A stretch of 64,000 nt of DNA from Chiloscyllium plagiosum (GCF_004010195.1 NC_057719.1:13688731-13752730); one strand, 5' to 3'. Shown: positions 48,261 through 60,537, counted from the stretch's first letter. A program made the numbers and translations. The notes: generated by a model not told the origin, from the sequence alone.

Positions 48261-48814
48261 AAACTACAAAGCTAGTCTGTTCCCATTCCTTGGTAAAGAT
48301 AATGGTTCTGTGTGAGGGCTAAGTCCATGTGTTGGGTGCTCCAACTTGGCTGTGGTGGCCCAGTTGTAAATCTGTGTAGCTTTCAACAGGAGAAATTTTC
48401 TGATTTTATTGGGACTGCCTAGTTTTCTAGGGTGGCGTCTGTCCTTGGCTGTCTGCAGTCTTTGCTATTTGAAACAATGCCACTATCTGAGATCACTCTG
48501 TGGATAGTTTTTTTTTTGACACATTTTTATCTGATCATGGTGGATGGGCCACATTTCCTGAGCTGCCCTTCAAATAGTCCTTGAACCTTAATCTCGTTCA
48601 ACCTGGCAGGCAATGTGCGAGTTTAAACTGTGAATAGATAACTGCCTACAGGACCGTATCATCAATAATACGTATTATTACATGGTCACCCTATCTGAGC
48701 TGAGCTCTCATGATGACTGCTTCAGTTAGTGCTTTTTCAAGACTCTCAGGGCTTAGTGCTTTATCTTCTCATTCAATGGTAATAATGTTCCAAATGTATC
48801 CCTTATAGATAGTC

Positions 48815-49275
48815 ATCATCCTCCTCATCATCAGCAGTCTCTCGAAGACGAGGATAATGCTCTCCCACTCTCAGGGTGAGTCTGTAGGAGGCTAAACAGC
48901 CCTATATGGCTACCACAGGCTCTGTTACACTTGGTGCAGAAGGTGGTCATGGGAAGGAGGTGGATGGGAGTGTTGGTGTGGCAGCACGCTCCTTACGCTT
49001 TGTGACTTCAACTTTTTCCCGATGGCAGGTCTCGAGGTGCTCGACACCTTCCTGGATGCTCCTCCTCCACTTTGGATGGTCTTGGACCAGTGATTCCCAG
49101 GTATCTGTGGGAATGCTGCATTTCCCCAGTGAGGCCTTGGGGGCATCCCTGAAGCGCTTCCCCTGTCCACCTGGGGCTCGCCTGCCATTTCGGAGCTGGG
49201 AGTAGAGCAGCTGTTTGGGGGGGGGGGGTCTCATGTTGGTCATCCAGATGATGTGCCCAGCCCAGGACAGGATCT
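48815..49275 (-). mobile_element. RTE-clade (BovB-like) LINE 3' end
   Basis: LSWAGHIIWM..PKQLLYSQLRNGRRAPGGQGKRFRD..TWESLVQDHPKWR; (gat)n tail. Confidence 0.85.
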
Positions 49276-49604
49276 GGAAATGAACCACACTCCATTGGGA
49301 AACCATTTCAAAGACATGTGTGTCTGAGTGGGGAGTGACCCACAGCATATCATCTCCCCACTACCCATCCTCACATGGGTGAGCAGAACCTATCTATGTC
49401 CAAATCATACTATCAAGTCAATGATCACTGTGTTCAGCAATACAACAAGATGCTCGTGTTCCTTTGCTACATTTTGGTGCATTGGAGAGGGGATTACCAA
49501 TCTCAGCACATTCAATACTTGGAAGGCAAGTGCAAGTGACCTCACCCAGCAACCAACTGACCCATTGTCCAGCCATTCCAATGTACATGACCTTCAATGA
49601 TAGC

Positions 49605-49915
49605 AGGCGAAAGTGAGGACGGCAGATGCTGGAGATCAGAGTTGGAAAAGCACAGCAGGTCAGGCAGCATCCAAGGAGGAGCAGAATCGATATTTTGGAC
49701 AAAAGCCCATCATCAGGAATGAAGCTTGTGAGCCAAGGGGGTAGAGAGATAAATGGGAGAGGGGTGGGTCTGGGGGGAAGGTAGTTGAGAGTGCGAGAGG
49801 TAGATGGAGGTGGGGGTGAAGGTGATAGGTGGGAGGGGAGAGTGGAGCGGATCGGTGGGAAGGAAGACAGACAGGTAGGACAGGTCATGAGGGCGGTGCC
49901 GAGTGGGTAGGTTCA
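49605..49915 (-). mobile_element. PLE family A 3' fragment
   Basis: Closely similar to 41050-41330. Confidence 0.8.
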
Positions 49916-49919
49916 ATTT

Positions 49920-50915
49920 CTCTCTTGCTAGACATGGCCATTGCCTGATTCATGTATGGCACAAATGTTACTTGCCATTTGTCAGCCAAAGCTTAGATAT
50001 TGCCCAGATCTTGTTGCTTTGGACATGGGACTGCTTCGGTGCTTGAGGAGTTGCAAATGGTGCTGAACATTACATAATCATCGATGAACGTCCCCATCTC
50101 TGATCTTGTGATGGAAGGAAAGTCGTTGATGAAGCATCTAGAAATGGTTGGGCCTTGGACACTACCCTGAGGACTCTGGGTAAGTGTCTGGGTAAGACCC
50201 AGTGGGTAAGTGGCATTGAAATGCCCATCAACCATGATTGAATGGCGGAGTGGACTCGATGGGCCAAATGGCCTTATGTCAATGTCTATGTCTTATCGCC
50301 TTATGGACTTCTGCAGAGATGACTAACCTACAATAGCCACAACCATCTTCCTATGCACCAGGTATGACTCTAACCAGGTATGACTCTAACCAGCAGAGAG
50401 ATTCCCTTAGTTGCCATCGCCTCCTGCTTTGCTCGAGTTCCTTGGTGACACTCTTGATAAAATGTAGCCTTGATATTAAGTGCAGTCAACTTACATCATC
50501 TCTCCTGTTTAGCACCTTTGCCCATGTTTGAACCAAGGCTCGAATGCGGTCAGGAGCTGAGTGTGGCTGGCTGAGCTCTTGCTGAGCATCAGTGAACAGG
50601 TTAAACCTGAGTAAGTGAAACTTAATGGCATTGCTGATGACACCATTCATGATGATTTACTGATGATTGGGAGTAGACTGATGGGACAGTAACTGTCCAG
50701 GTTGGATTTGTCTTGGCTTTTTGTTTATAGGATTTTCCACATTGTTGGGTAAATGCCAGTGTTGTAACTGTACTGGAACAGCTTGGCGAGGGGAGCGGCA
50801 AATTCTGGAGCACAAGCCTTCAGTACTATTGCTGGAATGGTTGTTAGAGCCTATAGTCTTTGCAACATTCAGTGCCTCCAACCATTTCTTGATATCACAT
50901 GGAGTGAATCCAATT
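49920..50915 (-). mobile_element. L2/CR1-group LINE RT fragment, with a small CR1 tail inserted at about 50185-50305
   Basis: PQGSVQGPTISRCFINDFPSITRSEMGTFIDD on the minus strand. Confidence 0.8.
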
Positions 50916-51747
50916 AACACTTCTACAGCAAGAAATTAAAATATGAACCTTGTATCCAATTTTGGGGTTGGTTTTGTAAGATGAACTTGTTTGTGTGCTT
51001 TGGATACTGGCTTTAGTTTTTTCAGTAATGGGATGGCAATGAAGATGCTGTTTTACATCAGTAAGGGAAATCTTTTCCAATCTTGACATTCACTTAAGCA
51101 ACAATCTACACCTCAAATGTATGAACCTGCAATGCAGTGACAGCTCTGTCATCATCTTGCTTGCAAACATTGTGTAGAGAGAGAGAGACGGAACTTTTTT
51201 TTTAGTTGAAACTGTGGGTGTTTTTCCCATTGTTGAAATATTTTGGATAATTTAGCTCCCTTTCTTCAACATTGAATGTCAACTGGCAATCTATTCTCCC
51301 TTGTTTTCTTATTGGTATTTAACTGTAGACTAACAATTCAGACAACTTTAAATGGAAACAATTTAGGGACAGTCCCTACATTATATTTCTCTCCTACAGC
51401 TAACAACCACAGTTGAGTTGCCTCCTCATGAAGGTGAGCAGTCAATCTGATTAATGGAGATCCCATGGAGCTTTTAGGGAGTTCCAGACTTTCAAAGTAA
51501 TGGTATTGAAGGAGGTCAGGATGCCATGGTTGATGCATGATTGGATGGTGATGGTGATCCTATGGATCTGCTACTATAAGGTGTGGGTCACTGAGTTGGG
51601 TGCTACTGCTAATCAAGTCTTGCCTGCTTAATGCAGTGCCTCCGACACTTAATACTGCAATCCCAGAGAACCAAGGATGATGAAATTCAAGGTCATACTC
51701 AAGGATGAAATAGCAAGCAAGCAAACAATTTTCTCCCAGTTAGTTAA

Positions 51748-52002
51748 ATAAAAGCAAAATAATGCGGATGCTGGAAATTTGAGAAATAGAGAATGATGGA
51801 GAAACTCAGTAAATCTGACAGCATTTGTGGAGAGAGAAACAGTCAACATTTCAAGTCCAGTATAACTCTTTTTAGAATTGTTGAAAGGTGTGAAACCTCA
51901 GATTCTGAAGCAGTTGTCATACTGGACTTAATATGCTAACTGTTTCTTTCTACACAGATGATGCCAGAGTTACTGTGTTTTTCTAGCAGTCTCTGTGTTT
52001 GA
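51748..52002. mobile_element. Palindromic PLE family B derivative
   Basis: gagaaactcagtaaatctgacagcatttgtggagagagaaacagtcaac / gctaactgtttctttctacacagatgatgccagagttactg. Confidence 0.65.
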
Positions 52003-52096
52003 CCTGGTTAGTTTTATGAATTGAATATAATTGAGAAGTGTATTGGTCAGTAAAATGAGACTCAATAGCCAGATTGCTGATTGCCTACATTGCTGA

Positions 52097-52306
52097 GTCG
52101 GTAAAGTGTGATGCTGGAAAAAGCACGGCAGGGCAGGCAGCACCCCAGGAGCGCTTTAGCAGCTCATCAGGTCCTAATGAAGGGTCCTGCCCGAAACTGT
52201 CCTAAAGAGCTCCTCGGATGCTGCCTGGCCTGCTGTGCTTTTTCCAGTGCCACACTTTATTGAGTCTGACTCTCCAGCATCTGCAGACTTCCCTATCTCC
52301 TCGCCC
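52097..52306 (+). mobile_element. Palindromic PLE family A variant
   Basis: Inverted arms; flanks cctacattgctga and cctacattattga; degenerate hammerhead ctaatgaagggtcctgcccgaaactgtc. Confidence 0.75.
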
Positions 52307-54329
52307 CCTACATTATTGATAATAATGATTAGGATTTGGCTACTGGGCTACAATTTTGCATTGCAATTTCTCTCTACATTTCCTTCTCTTTTTTCTCATG
52401 CATCATGAGTTAGATGCCTTCTTGTAGCTGTCCCAGATAAGCTTAGCTATGGTTATAGCCTATTCAGCCTTACAGGTCTTCAACACTAAAGCCAGGATGG
52501 GCAAAATCATGGCCTTGGCTGAGTCTAGTGCACTTCATTGATGCCCTCATGGTGTGAATCGAAATGGCTTAAAGCCACTTCTGGCTGAAGCTAGCTGCAA
52601 AGTCTCAGAAGAATAACTATGTATGGAAGATTAGTCAGGGTTAACTCACTACTCTGATACACTTTGCTAATAAGACAGTGCTGTCTCCTAGCTCAGCAGT
52701 AACTGATGTTGCTTACCGAGTTAAGAAAGCAAAGAGTGCTCGAATCATCGAGGTCTAATATGGCTACAGTAATAAGGTAAACTGACAAGTGCAGTAGCAT
52801 ATGTTTTTGCAATGAGTTTGTTTCCTGTTGACATAAAAAGAGCCTTTGTGTGTTGTCAGTGTGATGCTGCAGTGGTTTAAGTAGAGCACGCCGGTAAGAG
52901 ATCTCCGAATCAGGTCAATCTTATTGCAGAGCTCAGTCCGCTCTCCATGCAGAAGCATGCTTTGTGATAAATCTGCCATCAGTCTGGAGACGGCAGCGTG
53001 AGTAAGTGCATCTGCCACTGGATACGCTGTGCTGTGTACTCCCAGGGTGCTCAGCCAGCTGCTTGTTAACAGAAACAAAACTTTTTTTCTGAGGTTGAGG
53101 AGCTGCTGTGCTGCGGAGAGTTTCAGAACCCTTCTGACATCGTAAATAAGCTGACATTCATTTGCTTCCTGCTCATTAGGTGAAAGATGATAGCACTGGG
53201 CTGTATGGAATTATTTGATTTAGTCATTTCTCTGTGTCCTCGGCCTCCTCATCAATAATCCCATTCACCAGGCAATGGATGAAGTAGTTAATCTTCCTTA
53301 GGAACCAAAATGCTGGCAGAAAATGGCACAGCATAGCTCTACATGATACAGATTTCTTCCTGCACTGTCACAGCCAGATGTGTGAATTATCATTTTGTTT
53401 GAGTACATAAGAGCCTTATGTCTAATCCATCTGAGGATAAGGCACTTGTGATTTTAACTCTTATCCAGTAAATAGTATGTTACTTCCATCTGTCCATAGT
53501 GCCAGAAAAGAACAGCCCACAAACACCTGTACAAATTTTGCGACCTGATATTTGCTAAATGACTTTATCAGAAATAGCCGGCCGTTTAATTCTTCATGAG
53601 TAAACACTCAGCAGGGTGTGTGTGAGTTATTGAGCATGCAAGTCAGCTCCTGATCCAGGAAAGAAGAGAGGATTTGTGCACAGCTTTCATAAGCTCAGAA
53701 AGTATCAAAGTGTGGTCACTATTGTAAGGTTAGTCAGAAGATAGCAAATGTACATAGCGAGATCTCAAATAAAGTAATATAAAATAATAATGCAAACTAA
53801 TCTCCAAAACTGTGGATTGATGAATAAATGTTGGTGAGGGCATAGTGAACTCCAAAGTTCACTGTGCCCTTAAAACGTACTGTGAGATCTTTGATTTTTG
53901 ACCAATTGAGAGTTTAGGTTTTCAGTTTAGTGGATCATCCCCAACAATGACATCTGCAGCAGCACAACACTTCCCTGACACTACGCTAAACATAAACCTT
54001 CATCAGATGATCATCCAGGGTCTCATTTGGACCCCCCTGGTGACATGGATAGAGAACCATAGAAATGATACAACAGTGAAGGGAGCCATTCAGCCCATCT
54101 CGTCCGTGTTGGTCTACTGCACAGAGGAAAGAAATTAAATATTGACAAAACCATTTGGCCAAACAGCGAGCATGGAGTAAACTTTAACCAGTGACAGACA
54201 GACATTTCTGCTCCTAATAGTTCCCGCAGTGTTAATCTTTCATGGACTTGTTCCTGCAATGATTTGGTGTTGCAGCTTTAACCATCACCTCATTTATTAA
54301 CAGTGTAGAAACTGGAATAAGGCACGCAT

Positions 54330-55170
54330 TTAAATTGGCATGCATGCATTGCAAGTAATGTGAATGGAGTGTACTGATCTGGAAGTGACATTGATAAAAC
54401 TAAGTGAAAAGATAAAAGGGCGACAACTGATTTTAAAGTCAGCAAACATGAGGACATCCACTTTGGCCCCAAAATAAATAGAGCAGGTTTCTTTCAAAAG
54501 AAAGAACTGAAAACAATGCAGGTCAAAAGAGATTTGGGATCCAAGTATGGAAAGCATTAAAATATTACGAATAAGTAAAAAGGAATGGAAATGGCTAGTG
54601 CTATGCTGACCTCTATAGCTAGGATAGCGATAGGTAGTTAACTAGGATACAAGGCGGTAAAACCCACAGCAATACAAAGCCGTGGTTAGACTAAACCTGG
54701 GAATGCTGCAACACGTGGTGACATGGATAGAGAACCATAGAAATGATACAACAGAGAAGAGAGCCATTCAGCTCATCTTGTTCATGTTGGTCCTCAGTGG
54801 TGATATGTTAACTTGGTGGAGGTGGTGGAGGGGGAGCAATGGAACTGCAATGCTGTTTTACTAGAATGATTTAGAAGGTAAGTTATGGGGAGAGAATTGG
54901 AAATCCTAGGAATTTAGAAGGTTATGGGTGATGTGTTTGTAATTTTCATGATGTGAAATGATTCCTGCTGGCTGGGGAGTCCAGCACTGAGCTGGGGACA
55001 GTGGGGTCAGGGTGCAAGGTATGGGACGACGCATTGTGTTGGGTGGGGGGGGGGGGAGCATGGTTGGATGGCATGGAACAATCTAAAGATTACAGCTGGA
55101 TCTTTCAGGTTAGAATTAGGAAATGCTTCTGCACATAGAAATTTTCAACAGCCTTTTACAAAGTGATGCT
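54330..55170 (+). mobile_element. Old CR1 RT fragment
   Basis: Decayed DFKVSKHEDIHFGPK and YKAVVRLNL motifs. Confidence 0.55.
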
Positions 55171-55199
55171 GGAGCAATTAGTAGACTCAGTAGTAGATT

Positions 55200-55483
55200 A
55201 ACGAGTTTTGAGAAGACCTGTGGCTCAGGTTGAGGTCCTAGATGTAGGTTTGCTCGCTGAGCTGGAATTTAGCATTTATCACCCTCTGAGAAAAAGAACA
55301 GGAAATGAAATCACCGTAGGAAATGATGTTACCACAGGAAATGACATCACCAACCCAAACATATAAATAGAAAGTGGGCTACACCGCCAGTGCTTCATCT
55401 GGAGGCTCACTGAAGATGTTACCTAGTAGGGTGATGAAATGTCTTAAAACGAACCTTTCAGCTTAGCGAGCAAATCTATGTTT
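55200..55483 (+). mobile_element. Short Poseidon-type PLE insertion (inverted 5' piece plus 3' end) with 11-bp TSD
   Basis: TSD agtagtagatt at 55189-55199 and 55484-55494; homologous to 12905-13100; hammerhead motif at about 55410-55443. Confidence 0.8.
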
Positions 55484-55880
55484 AGTAGTAGATTTGCTAA
55501 CTTTAAGGGTATTTAAATAGTCATTAGATAAATACATGAATGATAATGGAGTAGTGCAGGATAGATCGCCTCAGATGGGTTTCACAGGTTGGCACAACAT
55601 CTGCGCTGTAATGTTCTATGTTCTACGTTCAATTTTATTTTGTCTAAACTAGAGATTGGCGTTTTTTTCTTGACTAAAGGTATTAAGGGATATGGAGTGA
55701 AGGGAGTTGGGTTAGCTGATGGATCATTTCTGAAAAGCAGGAGACAGTAGGGGGCATTGCTCCCTCTAAGGTGTGCTCACATACAGCTGTTCTAATGTTC
55801 CACACATGGCTATCAGGCTGCCAACACGGATCACAGCTTTGATCTCCAGGTTCTGAAATTGATGCCACGTACTGGTTAAA

Positions 55881-56195
55881 TTAGATTAGATTCCCTACTT
55901 TGTGGAAACAGGCCCTTCAGCCCAACCAGTGCACACCGAACCTCAGAAAATAATCTCACCCAGACCCATTTCCCTCTGACTAATGCACCTAACACTATGG
56001 GCAATTTAGCACGGCCAATTCACCTGACCTGCACATCTTTGGATTATGGGAGGAAACCGGAGCACCCGGAGGAAACCCACGCAGACACGGGGAGAATGTG
56101 CAAACTCCACACAGACAGTCACCCGGGGTAGGACTTGAACCCAATTCCCTGGAGCTGTGAGGCAGCAGTGCTAACCACTGAGCCACTGTGCTGTC
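55881..56195 (-). mobile_element. HE1-type V-SINE
   Basis: ttagattagattccctac..gtgctaaccactgagccact. Confidence 0.93.
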
Positions 56196-56349
56196 ATAAC
56201 CTCGGCAGCATGCATGAGCTTGAAAAGAAACCAGAGGGAACACTGCTGCAGGGGTTAAATTTCGGGATCCTGCTCCTATGTTGTAAAACAAACCCTGCGC
56301 TGACACGCTGCGATTTGTAAAGCCAGGTTTCTAAGTGCTTCAGTGAGAC

Positions 56350-56363
56350 GTTGCTATGACAAC
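56350..56363. promoter_or_regulatory. RFX X-box-like palindrome
   Basis: GTTGCTATGACAAC versus the consensus GTTGCCATGGCAAC, in unique DNA with several CpGs. Confidence 0.35.
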
Positions 56364-56494
56364 GAGTCAATCAAATGCAGAATCAAGGATGCTTCAGTTC
56401 CAGAAGGCTTTTGCAATTGTGTGAAAAGAAAGATTTTTGACTTTCAACATAATACCGCATACATAGAGTACTATTCTTGAAATTGCACAATTGC

Positions 56495-57220
56495 ATTCTG
56501 TGTGAAAAAAATTGCCCCTTAGATCTCTTTTAAATCTTTCCCCTCTCACCTTAAAGCTATACCCTCTGCCTTCTCCTATCCTGGGTAAAAGGCCTTGTCA
56601 ATTTACCCTCTCCATGCCCCTCATGATTTTATAAACCTCTGTAAGGTCACCCCTCAGCCTCCGACACTCCAGGGAAAACAGCCCCAGCCTATTCAGGGTC
56701 TCCCTCTAGCTCAAATCCTCCAACCCTGGCCACATCTTTGTAAATCTTTTCTGAATCCTCCCAAGTTTTGCAACTTCCTATAGCAGGGAGACCAGAATTG
56801 CACACAATGTTCCAAAAGTGGCCTAACCAATGTCCTGTACAGCCACAACATGACCTCCCAACTCCTGTACTCAATACTCTGACCAATAAAGGAAAGCTTA
56901 CCAAACACGTTCTTCATTATTCTATCTACCTACGACTCCATTTTCAAGGAACTATGAACCTGCACTCCACGGTCTCTTTGTTCAGCAACATTCCCCAGGA
57001 TCTTACCACAAAGTGTGCAAGTCCTGCTCAGATTTCCCTTCCCAAAATGCAGCACCTCGCATTTATCTAAATTAAACTCCCTCTGCCACTCCTCAGCCCA
57101 TTGGCCTATCTGATCAAGATCCTGTTGTACTCTGAGGTGATCTTCTTCGCTGTCCAATTTTGGTAATATCTGCAAACTTACTAAGTATACATCCTATGTT
57201 CACAGCCAAATCATTTGTGT
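56495..57220 (-). mobile_element. CR1 LINE RT fragment
   Basis: WQREFNLDKCEVLHFG, LYRTLVRPLLEHCVQFWSP. Confidence 0.93.
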
Positions 57221-57587
57221 AGCAATTTTCATAATCTTCGATGGCTCTTTACTGTCAATTAATTACTTTTAATGTGTAGTAATTGGTGCAGGAAATGCAG
57301 AGCTAATTTGAACTCCTAATAAACTCCTGCTAAGAGTAGTTTAATAATGATCCAATTGTCTTTTTTGAATCTATATAATAAAGCAAAGAACTGTGGATGC
57401 TGAAAATCAGAAACAAACAAAACAGAAATCGCTGGAGAAACTCTGTAGGTCTGGCAGGATCTCTGAAAAGGGGTCACTGGCCTCGAAACACTAACTTTGT
57501 TTTCTCTCCACAGATGCTGTCTGACCTCTCCAGCAATTTCTGTTCTTTTTTCAAAAAATTGATTTGGTTAAGGATAAATATTGGCAG

Positions 57588-58066
57588 AGTACAGGACATT
57601 GGTTAGGCCTCCTTCCTATCGGAAAGATGTTGTGAAACCTGAAAGGGTTCAGGAAAGATTTACTAGAATGTTGCCAGAGTTGAAGGATTTGAGCTATGGG
57701 GAGAGGTTGAATAGTCTAGGGCTGTTTTCTGGAGCATTAGAGGCTGAGGGGTGACCTTATAGAGGTCTACAAAATTATGAGGGGCATGGATAGGATAAAT
57801 AGACAAAGTTTTTTCCCTGGGGTCGGGGAGTCCAGAACTAGAGGTTTAGGGTGAGAGGGGAAAGATATAAAAGTGACGTAAGGGGCAACTTTTTCACGCA
57901 GAGGGTGGTACATGTATGGAATGAGCTGCCAGAGGAAGTGGTGGAGGCTGCAACATAAATATGGCATTTGGATGGGTATACGAATAGGAAGGGTTACCTG
58001 GTTGGGATACCTGGTTGGCATGGACGGGTTGGACCGAAGGGTTTGTATATCTCTATGACTCTATGA
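57588..58066 (+). mobile_element. CR1 LINE 3' end
   Basis: Typical RLRGDLIEVYKIMRG motif and tail. Confidence 0.9.
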
Positions 58067-58264
58067 CGAACGAATGTTAGTCCACAATACTCAAAGATGA
58101 TCAAGGCTGGATAATGTCTTTGTTGAGACCAATGAAAAAGAAAAATATCATCACAGTAGTGAGTTGTAGTCACACCACAAACCTCATGTGTGGACAGATT
58201 GCTGTTTATCCACATTTCTGCAGATGCCATCCTCCTGGTTCTTGGACTGACTACAAACCCCTTG

Positions 58265-58530
58265 ATGTGGAGGAGCTGGTGTTGGACTGGGGTGGGCAAA
58301 GTTAAAAATCCACAAGGCAAAAGTGGGTACTGCAAATGCTGGAGATTAGAGTCAAGGTTAGAGTGGTGCTGGAAAAGCACATCAGGTCAGGCAGCATCCA
58401 AGGAGCAGAAAACTTTCAGGCAAAAGCCCTTCATCAGGTAATTGCCTGATGAAGGAGCAGCGCTTTGAAAGCTAGTGCTTCCAAATAAGCCTATTGGACC
58501 ATAACTTGATGTTGTGTGATTTGTAACTGC
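58265..58530. mobile_element. Composite of PLE family C and family A pieces with back-to-back hammerhead-like motifs
   Basis: ...cccttcatcagg-taattg-cCTGATGA-AGGAGC-AGC-GCTTT-GAAAG-CTA. Confidence 0.7.
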
Positions 58531-58639
58531 TAACACCTTGTAACATCACTCACTAGCTCAAATCAGCCCATCAGTGAGGTTTTTTCTCATTGCCCACGCC
58601 CAGACTGCACATGACTGGAAATCTTGCTCAAATGTTTCA

Positions 58640-58860
58640 TTGGGTCACAGAACACTGAAACAGACCCTTCGTCCAACCAGTCCTTGCTGACCCATAATCC
58701 CAAACTCAACTAACCCCAAATGCCTGCACTTGGTCCATATCTCTTCCAACATTTCTTATTCATGTACGTAGCTAAATTGTGCTGTATCCACCACATTCTC
58801 TGGAAGTTCATTCCACAAACGAATCACTTTCTGCATAAAATGCCATTCTTAAATCTTTCT
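58640..58860 (-). mobile_element. CR1 LINE 3' tail
   Basis: gtcacagaacactgaaacagacccttcg. Confidence 0.7.
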
Positions 58861-58861
58861 T

Positions 58862-59990
58862 AGCAATTTTTGAAAAGGTTTTTAGCTCAGGTTGAGGTTC
58901 TGGATGTAAGTTTGCTCGTTGAGCTGGAAGGTTTGTTTTCAGACGTTTCATTACCATACTAGGTAACATCTTCAGTGAGCCTCTGGTAAAGCGCTGGTGG
59001 TATGTCCCACTTTCTATTTATGTGTTTAGGCTTCTTTGGGTTGGTGATGTCCTTTCTGGTTCTTTTTCTCAGAGGATGTGTTTATTGATAGAGTTCCTGT
59101 TGCAATGCCATGCTTCAAGGAATTCTCATGCGTGTCTCTGTTTGGCTTGTCCTAGGATGGACGTGTCGTCCCAGTCAAAGTGGTGTCCTTCTTTGTCTGT
59201 ATGTAAGAAGACTAATGAGAGAGGATCATGTCTTTTTGCAGCTAGTTAATGTTCATGTATCCTGGTGGCTAGGTTTATGATTGTTTGTTTAATGTAGTGT
59301 TCATTACAGTTCTTGCACGGTATTTTGTAAATGACATTCATTTTGCTGGTTGTCTGTATGGGGCCTTTCAAGTTCATTAGTTGCTGTTTTAGTGTGTTGG
59401 TGGGTTTGCGGGCTACCATGATGCCAAAAGGTCTGAGTAGTCTGGCAGTTGTTTTGGAGATGTCTTTGATGTAGGGGAGAGTGGCGAGGGTTTCTGGATG
59501 GGTTTTGTCTGCTTGTTGGGGTTTGTTGCTGAGGAATTGGCGGGCTGTGTTAATTAGGGACCTGTTCTTCTTGAATACGCTGTATAGGTATTTCTCTTCT
59601 TCTCTTTGATGTTCCTTGGTGCTGCAGTGTGTGGTGGCTCGTTGAAATAATGCCTCAGTGCAGCTCGGTTTGTGGGTGTTGGGCTGCTTGCTTCTGTAGT
59701 TAACTATTAGCCCGTGTGTGTCATTTTCCTGTAGACGTTCTTCATTGAATGTTCGCTCTACTGTGACATCTAGGAATGGCAGTTTGTTGTTGCTCTCCTT
59801 TTTAGTGAATTTTATGTCAGTAAGGATATTATTGATGGCGTTGTAGGTTTCCTCTAATTTGTTTTGTTTAGTGATGACAAAAGTGTTATCCATTTGCAGA
59901 CACTAAGTTTGGGTTGGATGGTTGGGAGGGCTATTTATCGAGTCTCTGCATTACTGCTTCTGCTAGGACCCCGATATTGGTGATCTCTAA
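58862..59990 (-). mobile_element. Penelope/Poseidon-type element, 5'-truncated and decayed
   Basis: IKFTKKESNNKLPFLDVTV..NVIYKIPCKNCNEHYIKQT..LATRIHEH; paralogue of 12141-13100; hammerhead at 58942-58975. Confidence 0.92.
58939..58978 (-). ncRNA. Minimal type I hammerhead ribozyme motif
   Basis: tca-CTGAAGA-tGTTACC-tagtat-GGTAAT-GAAAC-GTC-tga. Confidence 0.7.
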
Positions 59991-60220
59991 CTGCCTGCCT
60001 CTTCCAGCTCATTGTGCAGAAACGTTCTTTGACATTCTCAGGACTTTCATTCAGATGCAGTAACCTGCATAAAGTAACTGATGTGTGCTCACAATGGCTG
60101 TGTTCTTGATGTATTTATAGCTTTCACAGTTAGTCATTTCCAGCCAGACATTGGAAATGGAATTTGTTGAGCTGTCAAATATAATGTCAGTAATAACGCT
60201 GCACATTTTTGTTTTTCATT

Positions 60221-60537
60221 GGCACGGTGGCACGGTGGCACAGTGGTTAGCACTGCTGCCTCGCAGCGCCAGAGACCCGGGTTCAATTCCCGCCTCAGGC
60301 GACTGACTGTGTGGAGTTTGCACGTTCTCCCCGTGTCTGCGTGGGTTTCCTCCGGGTGCTCCGGTTTCCTCCCACAGTCCAAAGATGTGCAGGTCAGGTG
60401 AATTGGCCATGCTAAATTGCCCGTAGTGTTAGGTAAGGGGTAAATGTCGGGGTATGGGTGGGTTACGCTTCGGCGGGTCGGTGTGGACTTGTTGGGCCGA
60501 AGGGCCTGTTTCCACACTGTAAAGTAATCTAATCTAA
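60221..60537 (+). mobile_element. HE1-type V-SINE, young (CpGs retained)
   Basis: A box tggcacagtgg, B box ggttcaattcc, V-domain and (aatct)n tail. Confidence 0.96.

Noticed and set aside
60221..60300. tRNA-like sequence with A and B boxes
   Set aside because: It is the head of an HE1 SINE, repeated many times with the same body; not a tRNA gene
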